Part shown: positions 40,573 through 48,901 of the stretch, one piece after another
How positions within the stretch are numbered: the first letter of the stretch is position 1
Layout of the letters: every line of letters starts with the position of its first letter
DNA from: an uncultured Clavibacter sp.
GTDB taxonomy: Bacteria > Actinomycetota > Actinomycetes > Nanopelagicales > Nanopelagicaceae
Reading direction: 5' to 3'
DNA: 61,536 bases
Assembly (NCBI GenBank): GCA_964428285.1
Contig: CAYRXG010000001.1
Location: 1 to 61,536 of the forward strand
The notes under the pieces: generated by a model
What the model saw: only the letters and a program-made list of their open reading frames with translations
The model's database searches: none
What the model was told of the DNA's origin: nothing
Program-made: the position numbers and the translations under genes

Positions 40573-41405
40573 AGAGTTGCTCGCGGGAAAACTTTGAGTC
40601 GAGCTTTACCAATAGGATTGCCACAATCTTCACAGCGGCCATACGACTTGTTGTCGATGCGCTCTAGCGCGCGCTCTGTCTGTAGAACCATATCTCTTGC
40701 GTTATAGACCAGAGACATTTCATGCTCGCGCTCAAAAGTCTTTGTTCCAGCGTCGGCTTGATCGTCGCCGGCGCCCACTCCGGATGCTTCAATAAGCGCA
40801 TCCATCTCGCTCTCAACTTCTGCTAGTTCTTCTTTCAATCTAATCAAATCTTTAGCAAGTTCGGCTCTAATTGACTTTAATTCTAGAGCGCTCCAGTTTT
40901 CCGCACCCTCACTAACAATCAATGGGGCTGGTGCGGCTTTTATCGGCTTAAGTGGCGCCGGCTTTTTCCCTGGTTTAGCTTTCCTTATAGGTGGCGGCAG
41001 AACTAATCGCTTCTCTTCTACGACTACAACGCCGCTATCTTCGACTTCTGGCTTATATACAGAAATTGTTGTTGCACCTTTTGCGGTACTACTTGTCAAT
41101 GCAGTCTTATGCTGACCTTTAATAATCTCCGTTGGAGCTTTCTTGCCGCCTAGTTTTGGCTTAACGGTGGATTTAGCAGGCTTAGCCTTTGCCGAAAGTA
41201 CTTTGGAAGAACTCTTTGATTTGCTAGCTGCGGGCTTAGTTTTTTTATTCGCGACCTTCTTAGCGGTGCTCTTATTTACAGGTTTCTTGGCAGAAGCTTT
41301 CTTGGCAGGAGCCTTCTTCATCTTGGCGACCGCCTTTGCTAGCTTCTTTTTTATTGGCACAGCGCCGAAGGCTAGGGCTTTAAAGGAGCAATTGCCACTC
41401 GCCAC
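40536..41405 (-). CDS. TraR/DksA-family C4 zinc-finger protein with Lys/Ala/Pro-rich histone-like N-terminal region
   Basis: C-terminal CEDCGNPIGKARLKVFPRATLCMTC (CxxC-N17-CxxC) preceded by a coiled coil with an acidic tip GDDQADAG. The N-terminal ~150 aa consists of AKK/PAKK/KPA repeats. The start is uncertain (GTG 41405 or ATG 41321). Confidence 0.8.
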   Translation of the reverse strand: MASGNCSFKALAFGAVPIKKKLAKAVAKMKKAPAKKASAKKPVNKSTAKKVANKKTKPAASKSKSSSKVLSAKAKPAKSTVKPKLGGKKAPTEIIKGQHKTALTSSTAKGATTISVYKPEVEDSGVVVVEEKRLVLPPPIRKAKPGKKPAPLKPIKAAPAPLIVSEGAENWSALELKSIRAELAKDLIRLKEELAEVESEMDALIEASGVGAGDDQADAGTKTFEREHEMSLVYNARDMVLQTERALERIDNKSYGRCEDCGNPIGKARLKVFPRATLCMTCKQKEERR

Positions 41406-41439
41406 GATGGATTACAATTCTCATCTGAAGTTTCGCTTT

Positions 41440-41605
41440 GACCAGGCAATCACCTGCGAGCGAGTTGGAAGAAATGAGCAAGAAGCTCACGTAGACCCAA
41501 CAATTAATAAGTGGCTCATATAGAGCAAGGCGGGTGGTACCGCGGTCTTTGATCGCCCCTCCAAATCCAACGAAAATTTCGTGGGATCTGAATTGGAGGT
41601 TGAGC
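41440..41605 (+). promoter_or_regulatory. T-box riboswitch leader of ileS (translation-regulating, SD-sequestering type)
   Basis: T-box core AAGGCGGGUGGUACCGCGG at 41527-41545, where UGGU matches an A73 tRNA. The downstream CCUCCAAAUCC (41558-41568) can pair with GGAU...UUGGAGG (41584-41599), which contains the ileS SD GGAGG 6 nt before the ATG. A candidate Ile specifier AUC-A lies at 41449-41452 in the loop of a CAGG/CCUG hairpin. Confidence 0.8.
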
Positions 41606-44600
41606 ATGGCAAGTAAATCCACTTATCAAACTCTCAACCCGCAAATCGATTTACCTGCGACGGAAAAAGAGATTCTCGATTTTTGGCGAACTCAGGAAAT
41701 ATTTCATAAGAGCGTTGCGCAACGTCAATCTGGTGAGTCATGGACTTTCTATGAAGGCCCGCCAACTGCAAATGGCATGCCTGGAACTCATCACATAGAA
41801 GCTCGAGTTTTTAAGGATGTTTTCCCGAGATTTCATACTATGAAAGGAAAGCATGTAATTAGAAAAGCTGGTTGGGATTGTCATGGCCTTCCAGTTGAGA
41901 TTGCTGTAGAAAAAGAATTAGGTTTTTCTGGAAAAGGCGATATCGAAAAGTTTGGTATTGCCGCTTTTAACGAAAAGTGTCGTGAATCTGTACAACGTCA
42001 CGTCGGCGCATTCACGCAAATGACAGAACGAATGGGTTTCTGGGTTGACTTTGATGAAGCGTATTGGACTATGTCAGATGAATATATTGAAAGCGTATGG
42101 TGGTCACTAGCCCAGATTCACAAGAAGGGTTTACTAGCGCAAGATCATCGCGTCGCTCCATATTGTCCGAGATGCGGAACCGGGCTTTCAGATCATGAGC
42201 TTGCTCAAGGTTACGAGACCGTAACAGATCCTTCGGTTTATGTACGTTTTCCGATTACAAGTGGTGAACTAAGCGAACTAAATGCAAATCTATTGGTTTG
42301 GACGACGACACCTTGGACGCTAGTTTCGAATACCGCTGTTGCAGTAAATCCAGAGGTTACATATCTAGTTGTATCGAAAGCGAAAGAAGCAGATAAGCCC
42401 GACTCTCTTGACGAAGTTCTTGTTGTTGCTGAACCTCTTGCAAAAATTTTAGGCGAATACAAGACACTTAAGACCCTTACTGGCAGAGAACTCGAGCGAG
42501 TTACATACAAAAGACCTTTGGATCTAATTGATATCCCGGATTCACATTTTATTGTCCTTGCTGATTATGTAACAGTGGAGGACGGCACCGGACTGGTTCA
42601 CCAGTCCCCCGCTTTCGGAGCAGACGATTTAGCAACTTGTCGCAAATATGACTTGCCGGTAGTTAATCCTGTTGCAGCAAATGGTCACTTCGAAGATAAC
42701 GTTCCACTTGTTGGCGGCTTATTCTTCAAAGAGGCCGATAAGCCGCTAGTTAAGAAATTGCGCGAAAGCGGAGTCTTATTTCGACACCAACCATATGAAC
42801 ACTCTTATCCTCATTGTTGGCGTTGCCATACTCCCCTTATTTATTACGCTCAACCTTCTTGGTATATAAGAACTACTAAAGTTCAAAGCGATTTAATTCG
42901 CGAAAATCAAAATACGGACTGGCATCCTGAAACCATTAAGAATGGCAGGTATGGCGATTGGCTAAACAACAATGTTGATTGGGCACTCTCCCGAAATCGT
43001 TATTGGGGAACCCCGCTACCGATCTGGAAATGTGAAAATTCACATGAGATTGCAATTGCTTCAAAGAGCGAATTATCTGCAAGGGCTGGTCGAGATTTAA
43101 CTAATCTTGAACTTCATCGTCCATATGTAGACGAAGTTACATTCCCTTGTGAAACCTGCAATTCTGAAATGAAACGAACTGTTGAGGTAATTGATTGCTG
43201 GTATGACTCTGGATCAATGCCTTTTGCACAATGGGGCTATCCCCATAAACCTGGCTCTGTAGAGAAATTTAATGAAGCATATCCAGCAGATTTTATCTGC
43301 GAAGCGATCGATCAAACACGTGGCTGGTTCTATACCTTGATGGCTATTGGAACTATGGTTTTTGATAAATCCTCTTACAAAACCGTCTTATGCCTTGGTC
43401 ACATTCTGGATAAAGATGGCCGGAAAATGAGTAAGCATCTTGGAAATGTTTTGGAGCCAATTCCATTAATGGATAAGCATGGCGCTGATGCAGTCCGTTG
43501 GTACATGCTGGCAGCGGGATCTCCATGGAGCGCTCGAAGAGTAGGACACGAAACCATCTCTGAAGTTGTTAGGAAAACCCTACTTACATACTGGAACACA
43601 GTTTCTTTCTTGGCGCTTTATGCATCTGCTTCTGATTATCAACCTGGCAATGCGCCTGAAGTTACTAAACGCCCCATGATGGATAGATGGATAATTGGCG
43701 AATTAAATAAACTCATTTCAGATGTTGATAACGCTTACGAAAATTTCGATTCGCAAGAAGTAGGCGAAAGAATCTCCAAATTTATAGATGATCTATCTAA
43801 TTGGTATGTTAGAAGATCCAGAAGAAGATTCTGGGATGGCGACATTGCAGCGCTAGCAACTCTCGAGGAATCCCTAGAAACTTTGACTCTCTTGATGGCT
43901 CCGATGGTTCCATTCATAACAGAGCATGTCTGGCAAGTACTCTTTAGAAAAGTCAATCCGCAAAAAACTTCGTCTGTCCACCTTGCTGATTTCCCGATTG
44001 CTGATGAGAAGTTAGTAGATGAAAAACTTTCTAAAGATGTTGCGCAAACTCGTCGTCTCGTTGAACTTGGAAGGGCGGCAAGGGCGCAATCACAACAGAA
44101 AATTAGACAGCCACTTTCCAGAGCGCTGATTGCTGCAACTGGCTGGAGTTCGTTAGCCACAGAGCTAAAAGATCAGATTGCTGACGAACTAAACGTTGAG
44201 AATTTGGATGATCTGTCGGCTTCTGATGGTGATTTAGTAGATGTCACTATAAAAGCAAACTTTCGTACCTTAGGTAGTAAGTACGGAGGTGCAGTCCAAG
44301 AAATTGCAAAATTGATTAGCGAAACAGATGCCACCGTAATGGTAAAAAAGATTCGACAATCTGGAAAACTGGAACTCCCCTACTCTCAGGGGGTAGCTGA
44401 AATTGAAGAAACAGATTTAGTAATCACTGAGACCCCGCGATCTGGATGGTCAGTAGCATCTCATTCTGGCGAGAGCGTTGCATTAGATCTAGCCTTAGAC
44501 CAACGACTAATCAATAAGGGAATTGTCAGAGAAGCGATTCGTGCAATCCAAGATGAGCGTAAGGCGCTAGGCCTTGATGTTAGCGATCGAATAAATGTAC

Positions 44601-44755
44601 TTTGGAATTCCTCACCAGATTCTGCTGAGGCAATTGCGCAAGCTAAAGATCACATCATGGATGAAGTATTAGCGTTGGAATTCGCCAGAGATGAATCGTT
44701 AAGACTTGGAGATTCAGAGCTACAACTTGGACTTCAACTAACGAAAGTTAAATAA
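41606..44755 (+). CDS. ileS: Isoleucyl-tRNA synthetase (type 2)
   Basis: Contains PPTANGMPGTHHIE (HIGH region), KMSKHLGN (KMSKS) and an editing domain. I chose the ATG at 41606 (MASKSTYQTLNP) with a GGAGG ribosome-binding site. The ORF-track extension from 41534 covers the T-box. Confidence 0.96.
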   Translation: MASKSTYQTLNPQIDLPATEKEILDFWRTQEIFHKSVAQRQSGESWTFYEGPPTANGMPGTHHIEARVFKDVFPRFHTMKGKHVIRKAGWDCHGLPVEIAVEKELGFSGKGDIEKFGIAAFNEKCRESVQRHVGAFTQMTERMGFWVDFDEAYWTMSDEYIESVWWSLAQIHKKGLLAQDHRVAPYCPRCGTGLSDHELAQGYETVTDPSVYVRFPITSGELSELNANLLVWTTTPWTLVSNTAVAVNPEVTYLVVSKAKEADKPDSLDEVLVVAEPLAKILGEYKTLKTLTGRELERVTYKRPLDLIDIPDSHFIVLADYVTVEDGTGLVHQSPAFGADDLATCRKYDLPVVNPVAANGHFEDNVPLVGGLFFKEADKPLVKKLRESGVLFRHQPYEHSYPHCWRCHTPLIYYAQPSWYIRTTKVQSDLIRENQNTDWHPETIKNGRYGDWLNNNVDWALSRNRYWGTPLPIWKCENSHEIAIASKSELSARAGRDLTNLELHRPYVDEVTFPCETCNSEMKRTVEVIDCWYDSGSMPFAQWGYPHKPGSVEKFNEAYPADFICEAIDQTRGWFYTLMAIGTMVFDKSSYKTVLCLGHILDKDGRKMSKHLGNVLEPIPLMDKHGADAVRWYMLAAGSPWSARRVGHETISEVVRKTLLTYWNTVSFLALYASASDYQPGNAPEVTKRPMMDRWIIGELNKLISDVDNAYENFDSQEVGERISKFIDDLSNWYVRRSRRRFWDGDIAALATLEESLETLTLLMAPMVPFITEHVWQVLFRKVNPQKTSSVHLADFPIADEKLVDEKLSKDVAQTRRLVELGRAARAQSQQKIRQPLSRALIAATGWSSLATELKDQIADELNVENLDDLSASDGDLVDVTIKANFRTLGSKYGGAVQEIAKLISETDATVMVKKIRQSGKLELPYSQGVAEIEETDLVITETPRSGWSVASHSGESVALDLALDQRLINKGIVREAIRAIQDERKALGLDVSDRINVLWNSSPDSAEAIAQAKDHIMDEVLALEFARDESLRLGDSELQLGLQLTKVK

Positions 44756-44764
44756 AACTTCTAA

Positions 44765-45043
44765 TCAGACAAGTATTTCGGCAAGTATGGAGACTGCAAA
44801 AAACAGGACGATGAAAGATAGGTCGAGCGCTACTGGGCCAATCCGTAACGGCGGAATAAATCTTCTTACAAATGAAAGCGGACGATCCGTTAGCAAGTAA
44901 ATGATCTCTGCTAGGGGCAACAAGATTCCTCTGGGTCGCCAATCAGGTTTGAACATTCTTACGTAATCAAGAATTAGACGTGCAAAAAGGGCCAACAAGA
45001 ATAAATTCAGTGCAAAGACAATTAAACCGGTTAAGTTAAGCAA
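44765..45043 (-). CDS. yggT: YggT-family membrane protein
   Basis: 92 aa with two to three TM helices. Conserved position after sepF in actinobacterial division clusters. Confidence 0.8.
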   Translation of the reverse strand: MLNLTGLIVFALNLFLLALFARLILDYVRMFKPDWRPRGILLPLAEIIYLLTDRPLSFVRRFIPPLRIGPVALDLSFIVLFFAVSILAEILV

Positions 45044-45048
45044 TTAAC

Positions 45049-45486
45049 TCAACTCTGATTGAAGAAACTTGCTTGCGCGGCTGCGCTTTTTTCTTCACCA
45101 CTGACAGTCACATTTGGTGGAGTTAAGAGGAAGACTTTGGAAGTAACGCGTTCTATTGTCCCCGCATGTCCGAAAACTAATCCGGATGCAAAATCAATTA
45201 ATCGCTTACGTTCGGCTTCTTCCATATCGCTTAAATTCATAATTACTGGATTACCTTCGCGGTAATACTCACCAATTGCTCTTGCTTCGCTATAAAAGCG
45301 AGGAGTAATCGTCACGATTCGATCAAGAGGCTGTGCAGAAGGTTGTGAAGTCTGTGCCACAGATAATTTGGCAGGAGCGCTCTTGGCAGGAACCTTGACT
45401 GCTGGGCGAATATTCGTTTCAGCTACCGAGCCATCGTCTTCAGTTAAGCCTAGATAATTTGTCATTCTTCGCAGGGCATTAGACAT
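45049..45486 (-). CDS. sepF: Cell division protein SepF
   Basis: N-terminal amphipathic MSNALRRMTNYLGL and a C-terminal SepF domain (ITPRFYSEARAIGEYYREGNPVIMNLSDM...VFLLTP). Confidence 0.92.
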   Translation of the reverse strand: MSNALRRMTNYLGLTEDDGSVAETNIRPAVKVPAKSAPAKLSVAQTSQPSAQPLDRIVTITPRFYSEARAIGEYYREGNPVIMNLSDMEEAERKRLIDFASGLVFGHAGTIERVTSKVFLLTPPNVTVSGEEKSAAAQASFFNQS

Positions 45487-45507
45487 GAGTAAATTTTAGG
45501 CTCAGAA

Positions 45508-46188
45508 CTATCTCGAACCGAGGATTGAACTTCCTAACCTGATATGTGTCGCGCCGAATTGGATGGCAATTCGATAATCATCGCTCATTCCCGCAGAGAT
45601 ATTTGAAGCCCTCGGGTTTATTTTCTGCAATTCTTGCGACGATTCGTAAAGTAGTTCGAAGCCTGGACGGGGGTCTTCCCCAAGGGGTCCAACACCCATA
45701 ACTCCAACAATAGAAATGGACTCAAGTTCTGAAACTTCTTCGGCGAACGAAGTTATCTCGGCCGGATCTATACCACTTCTATTTTCCCTCCGATTATTTG
45801 CATCCAGATTTATTTGAATGAAAATACTCGGCACTTTACCTACATTCCTTGCATAATCTGAGATTTTTCTGGCATGCTCTTTGGAATCTAGTGAATGGAT
45901 GAAATCACTCCAATTAACTAGTGATTTAATTTTCTTTCCCTGAATGCGGCCTTGAAAGTGCCAAATCGCATCTCGCTCAATCTTTTCCGACTTAACTGAT
46001 CCTTCTTCATCGCGATTCTCTCCAAAATCTCTTACCCCCAATTTATAGAGAATCTCAATATCGCTTACTGGAAAGGTTTTGGTGACAACAATTAGTTTGA
46101 CGTTTTTTGGAATCTCGCTCTTGATTGCTTCAAGTCGCTCGCTGATTTCCTTAGTTCTAATTTCAAATTCAGAATTTGTCATTGCCAA
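45508..46188 (-). CDS. yggS: YggS-family pyridoxal-phosphate homeostasis protein
   Basis: Contains LIVVTKTFP (PLP Lys), GENR and HFQGRIQGKK. Confidence 0.9.
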   Translation of the reverse strand: MAMTNSEFEIRTKEISERLEAIKSEIPKNVKLIVVTKTFPVSDIEILYKLGVRDFGENRDEEGSVKSEKIERDAIWHFQGRIQGKKIKSLVNWSDFIHSLDSKEHARKISDYARNVGKVPSIFIQINLDANNRRENRSGIDPAEITSFAEEVSELESISIVGVMGVGPLGEDPRPGFELLYESSQELQKINPRASNISAGMSDDYRIAIQFGATHIRLGSSILGSR

Positions 46189-46862
46189 ATTACTCCAGCT
46201 TGCCTTCCTGTGACCGCATCCCGGCGATATGAAAAGTATCCGGGATCATGATTAACGCAAAGATCTGAAGCTTTAAAAGGTACTCCTGCCTTTCTCAATT
46301 TAGCCTTAAGGCCAGCGCTAACATCAACACAGCACCTTGATGAATCAAAACCCGCTTCCGGGCTTGCCGCTACTACCTCTTGATAAGTTTTTTGATCGAG
46401 TTCGTAGCAGTTACCGCAGATTGCCGGACCGATTTCTGCTTCAATTTCCTCTGCAGATATTCCACTTGCAATGAATCTTTTCAAAGTTTCTTCAAAGATT
46501 CCCGCAATTAGTCCTTTCCTGCCAACATGAACTGCTGCTATAGCATCCTTTGAACTCAAGAGAAGAGGCGTGCAATCAGCAATCAAAGTAACTAATGCGC
46601 AATCTTTTCGCATCGTAAATAAGGCATCCGCTTGCGGATAAAATTCGACATTAGAATTTTCCGTGATTTCATATACTGAATTTCCATGAACTTGATTCAT
46701 GTAGAAAATATGAGTTACCGGAATTCCGATTCGCTCTGCGAGCCTTTTTCGATTTTCCTGGACATCAATTTGAGAATCGCCAACATGCAATGCCAAATTA
46801 AATGATTCGAATGCGCCTTTGCTCACGCCACCAGAGCGCGTTGAAAATAAAGTCTTTGCCAT
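46179..46862 (-). CDS. pgeF: YfiH/PgeF (LACC1-family) peptidoglycan editing factor / purine nucleoside enzyme
   Basis: Contains SFNLALHVGD, MNQVHGN, ADCTPLLL, HVGRKG, GPAICGNCYE and FSYRRD. Confidence 0.88.
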   Translation of the reverse strand: MAKTLFSTRSGGVSKGAFESFNLALHVGDSQIDVQENRKRLAERIGIPVTHIFYMNQVHGNSVYEITENSNVEFYPQADALFTMRKDCALVTLIADCTPLLLSSKDAIAAVHVGRKGLIAGIFEETLKRFIASGISAEEIEAEIGPAICGNCYELDQKTYQEVVAASPEAGFDSSRCCVDVSAGLKAKLRKAGVPFKASDLCVNHDPGYFSYRRDAVTGRQAGVIWQ

Positions 46863-46864
46863 CC

Positions 46865-47995
46865 CTACTTCATAAAGTCTGGGACGTCGATATCATCCTC
46901 GGCAACTAACTCTTCAAAAGTAATCCTCCGCTTAGTTGGCTGCTCAGGTGCATCCATGGCAACTGAGATTGGATCATTTGCAGGAATCGGATCAGCTTGG
47001 CCATTTAATGAAGCAGAATTGAGCACTGGAACTGATACTCGCTTAGGTACGCCACCTTCAAAACCGGCAGCGATAACTGTAACTCGAACCTCATCCCCGA
47101 GTGAATCATCTATTACAGTTCCAAAAATAATGTTGGCGTCCGGATGTGCATATTTCGCAACAAGTTCTGCAGCTTCGCTTATTTCAAATAATCCAAGATC
47201 GGAACCGCCAGCAATAGAGAGCAGAACTCCATGAGCACCTTCAATTGATGCCTCCAATAACGGGGAGGAGATTGCTAACTCTGCAGCACGGGTTGCACGA
47301 GCTTCGCCACGCGCTGAACCAATTCCCATCAGGGCAGATCCCGCGCCATCCATCACGCTTTTTACATCTGCAAAATCAAGATTGATTAGGCCCGGGGTTG
47401 TAATCAAATCTGTAATACCTTGAACGCCTGAAAGAAGTACTTGGTCAGCGGTCTTAAAAGCTTCTGGCGCAGAGATTGAACGATCTGAGATCGAAAGTAA
47501 TCGATCATTCGGAATTACAATTAATGTATCAACTTCATCACGAAGTTCTTCAATTCCAATTTCTGCTTGACTAGTTCTTCGCTTTCCTTCAAAACTGAAA
47601 GGCTTAGTAACAACACCAACAGTTAATGCGCCAAGACTTTTTGCAATTTTTGCAACAACCGGTGCGCCGCCTGTACCTGTTCCGCCGCCTTCACCCGCGG
47701 TAACAAAAACCATATCTGAACCACGTAGTACTTCTTCAATTTCTTCTGTGTGATCAATAGCAGCTTGCTTTCCTATTTCAGGATTTGCTCCTGCACCTAA
47801 TCCTCTTGTTAATTTTCTTCCGATATCTAGTTTTACATCAGCATCGCTCATTAGAAGCGCTTGGGCATCAGTATTAATTGCAATGAATTCAACACCTTTT
47901 AAACCAGCATCGATCATTCGATTAACTGCATTTACACCGCCGCCACCAATTCCTACAACTTTGATGACTGCTAAATAATTCTGTGGTGTTGCCAC
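46865..47995 (-). CDS. ftsZ: Cell division GTPase FtsZ
   Basis: GTG start. Contains [22 protein letters not shown] and the tubulin signature [14 protein letters not shown]-terminal peptide DIDVPDFMK. Confidence 0.98.
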   Translation of the reverse strand: MATPQNYLAVIKVVGIGGGGVNAVNRMIDAGLKGVEFIAINTDAQALLMSDADVKLDIGRKLTRGLGAGANPEIGKQAAIDHTEEIEEVLRGSDMVFVTAGEGGGTGTGGAPVVAKIAKSLGALTVGVVTKPFSFEGKRRTSQAEIGIEELRDEVDTLIVIPNDRLLSISDRSISAPEAFKTADQVLLSGVQGITDLITTPGLINLDFADVKSVMDGAGSALMGIGSARGEARATRAAELAISSPLLEASIEGAHGVLLSIAGGSDLGLFEISEAAELVAKYAHPDANIIFGTVIDDSLGDEVRVTVIAAGFEGGVPKRVSVPVLNSASLNGQADPIPANDPISVAMDAPEQPTKRRITFEELVAEDDIDVPDFMK

Positions 47996-48163
47996 GTTGA
48001 GCCCCTTTTCAAACCCTAATTCTCTACTTGAGAGTCAAGGTTTCCCTTAAATGTGTTGGCAAAAGTATGCGTGGAGTAGGTCAGGGGCAAACACCGACAC
48101 GATTTTTATTTTGCTTTTGTCTAATCGATAGTTGATGGATTCATAAAATTTAATTGAGAATTC

Positions 48164-48901
48164 TTATGGTCCGACCACTGGCGATAATGGTGTTGATAGA
48201 TCAAAAAAGTTTGCTTTTCGATTCTCCTTTAGTGCCATTAATCGAAGTAAAACTTCGTATTTGAGCGGGAATTCATTGACACTTCCCCAAAAAACATCCA
48301 ACTCTCGCCCTGCGATTTCGACTTGGCTTCGAAATTTCTCGCTGTTTGTAGCGGAAAGATAAAGAACTCTTGCGTCAACCCGCTCTAGTTCTCCTAGAAG
48401 GAGAGCAACATCAGCTTTAAGATCGTTTTGAGTAGTGATCTTTACTCTTGGCAACCCGCTCCAATCGACCTGTCCTGCCGCCTGTGCATCTGCGACTTGA
48501 TCTGCCGCCAGATAGAAAATCTCAAGATTCTGATCTAGAAAGCCAATTTGATTATTGGAATTTTGATCCAAGATTGCAATTGCATCTCTAGGATCAACAT
48601 CAATTTTTACCTCACCGCTGATGAAGTTTCTGGAAATATTTACGTTCTCAACCCAAACTAGATTGCGCATTCGGGTGGCAATCGCCCGCTTATCAACTCT
48701 AGCCAGAGGTTGACCAATCGATATTACTCTTGGTGATTTTGCAATCTCTAACTTGAGCTGACTAACTATTTTATTCTCGCTTTCAAGATACGTAATTTTC
48801 TTAACTGGGAAAAAATTTGACCAACCGAATAAGTAAGTTAAAGCCGCCAATAAAGATAAGGTAACTGGAATGATTAGAGTTCTCTTTACTCCACTAATCA
48901 T
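48164..48901 (-). CDS. ftsQ: Cell division protein FtsQ (POTRA domain)
   Basis: Single N-terminal TM helix followed by a POTRA-like region (VKKITYLESE...). Sits between murC and ftsZ. The start overlaps the murC stop (ATGA). Confidence 0.82.
   Translation of the reverse strand: MISGVKRTLIIPVTLSLLAALTYLFGWSNFFPVKKITYLESENKIVSQLKLEIAKSPRVISIGQPLARVDKRAIATRMRNLVWVENVNISRNFISGEVKIDVDPRDAIAILDQNSNNQIGFLDQNLEIFYLAADQVADAQAAGQVDWSGLPRVKITTQNDLKADVALLLGELERVDARVLYLSATNSEKFRSQVEIAGRELDVFWGSVNEFPLKYEVLLRLMALKENRKANFFDLSTPLSPVVGP

Noticed and set aside
41143-41523. 126-aa plus-strand ORF rich in F/L/A opposite the DksA-like gene. The 141-aa ORF at 43735-44160 antisense to ileS is a similar case.
   Set aside because: The first is the complement of the Lys/Ala (AAG/GCN) repeat region and runs into the T-box leader. 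The second sits inside ileS. Neither has independent support.
41534-41605. 24-codon N-terminal extension of ileS given by the ORF track (MVPRSLIAPPNPTKISWDLNWRLS).
   Set aside because: It covers the T-box core and the SD-sequestering helix. The conserved IleRS N-terminus begins at the ATG at 41606, which has GGAGG 6 nt upstream.
47996-48163. 168-bp ftsQ-ftsZ spacer, examined for a small ORF or a defined promoter (TTGACT present).
   Set aside because: There is no ORF with a ribosome-binding site. The TTGACT lacks a -10 element at proper spacing that I could verify. The spacer probably holds ftsZ promoters, but they cannot be called from sequence alone.
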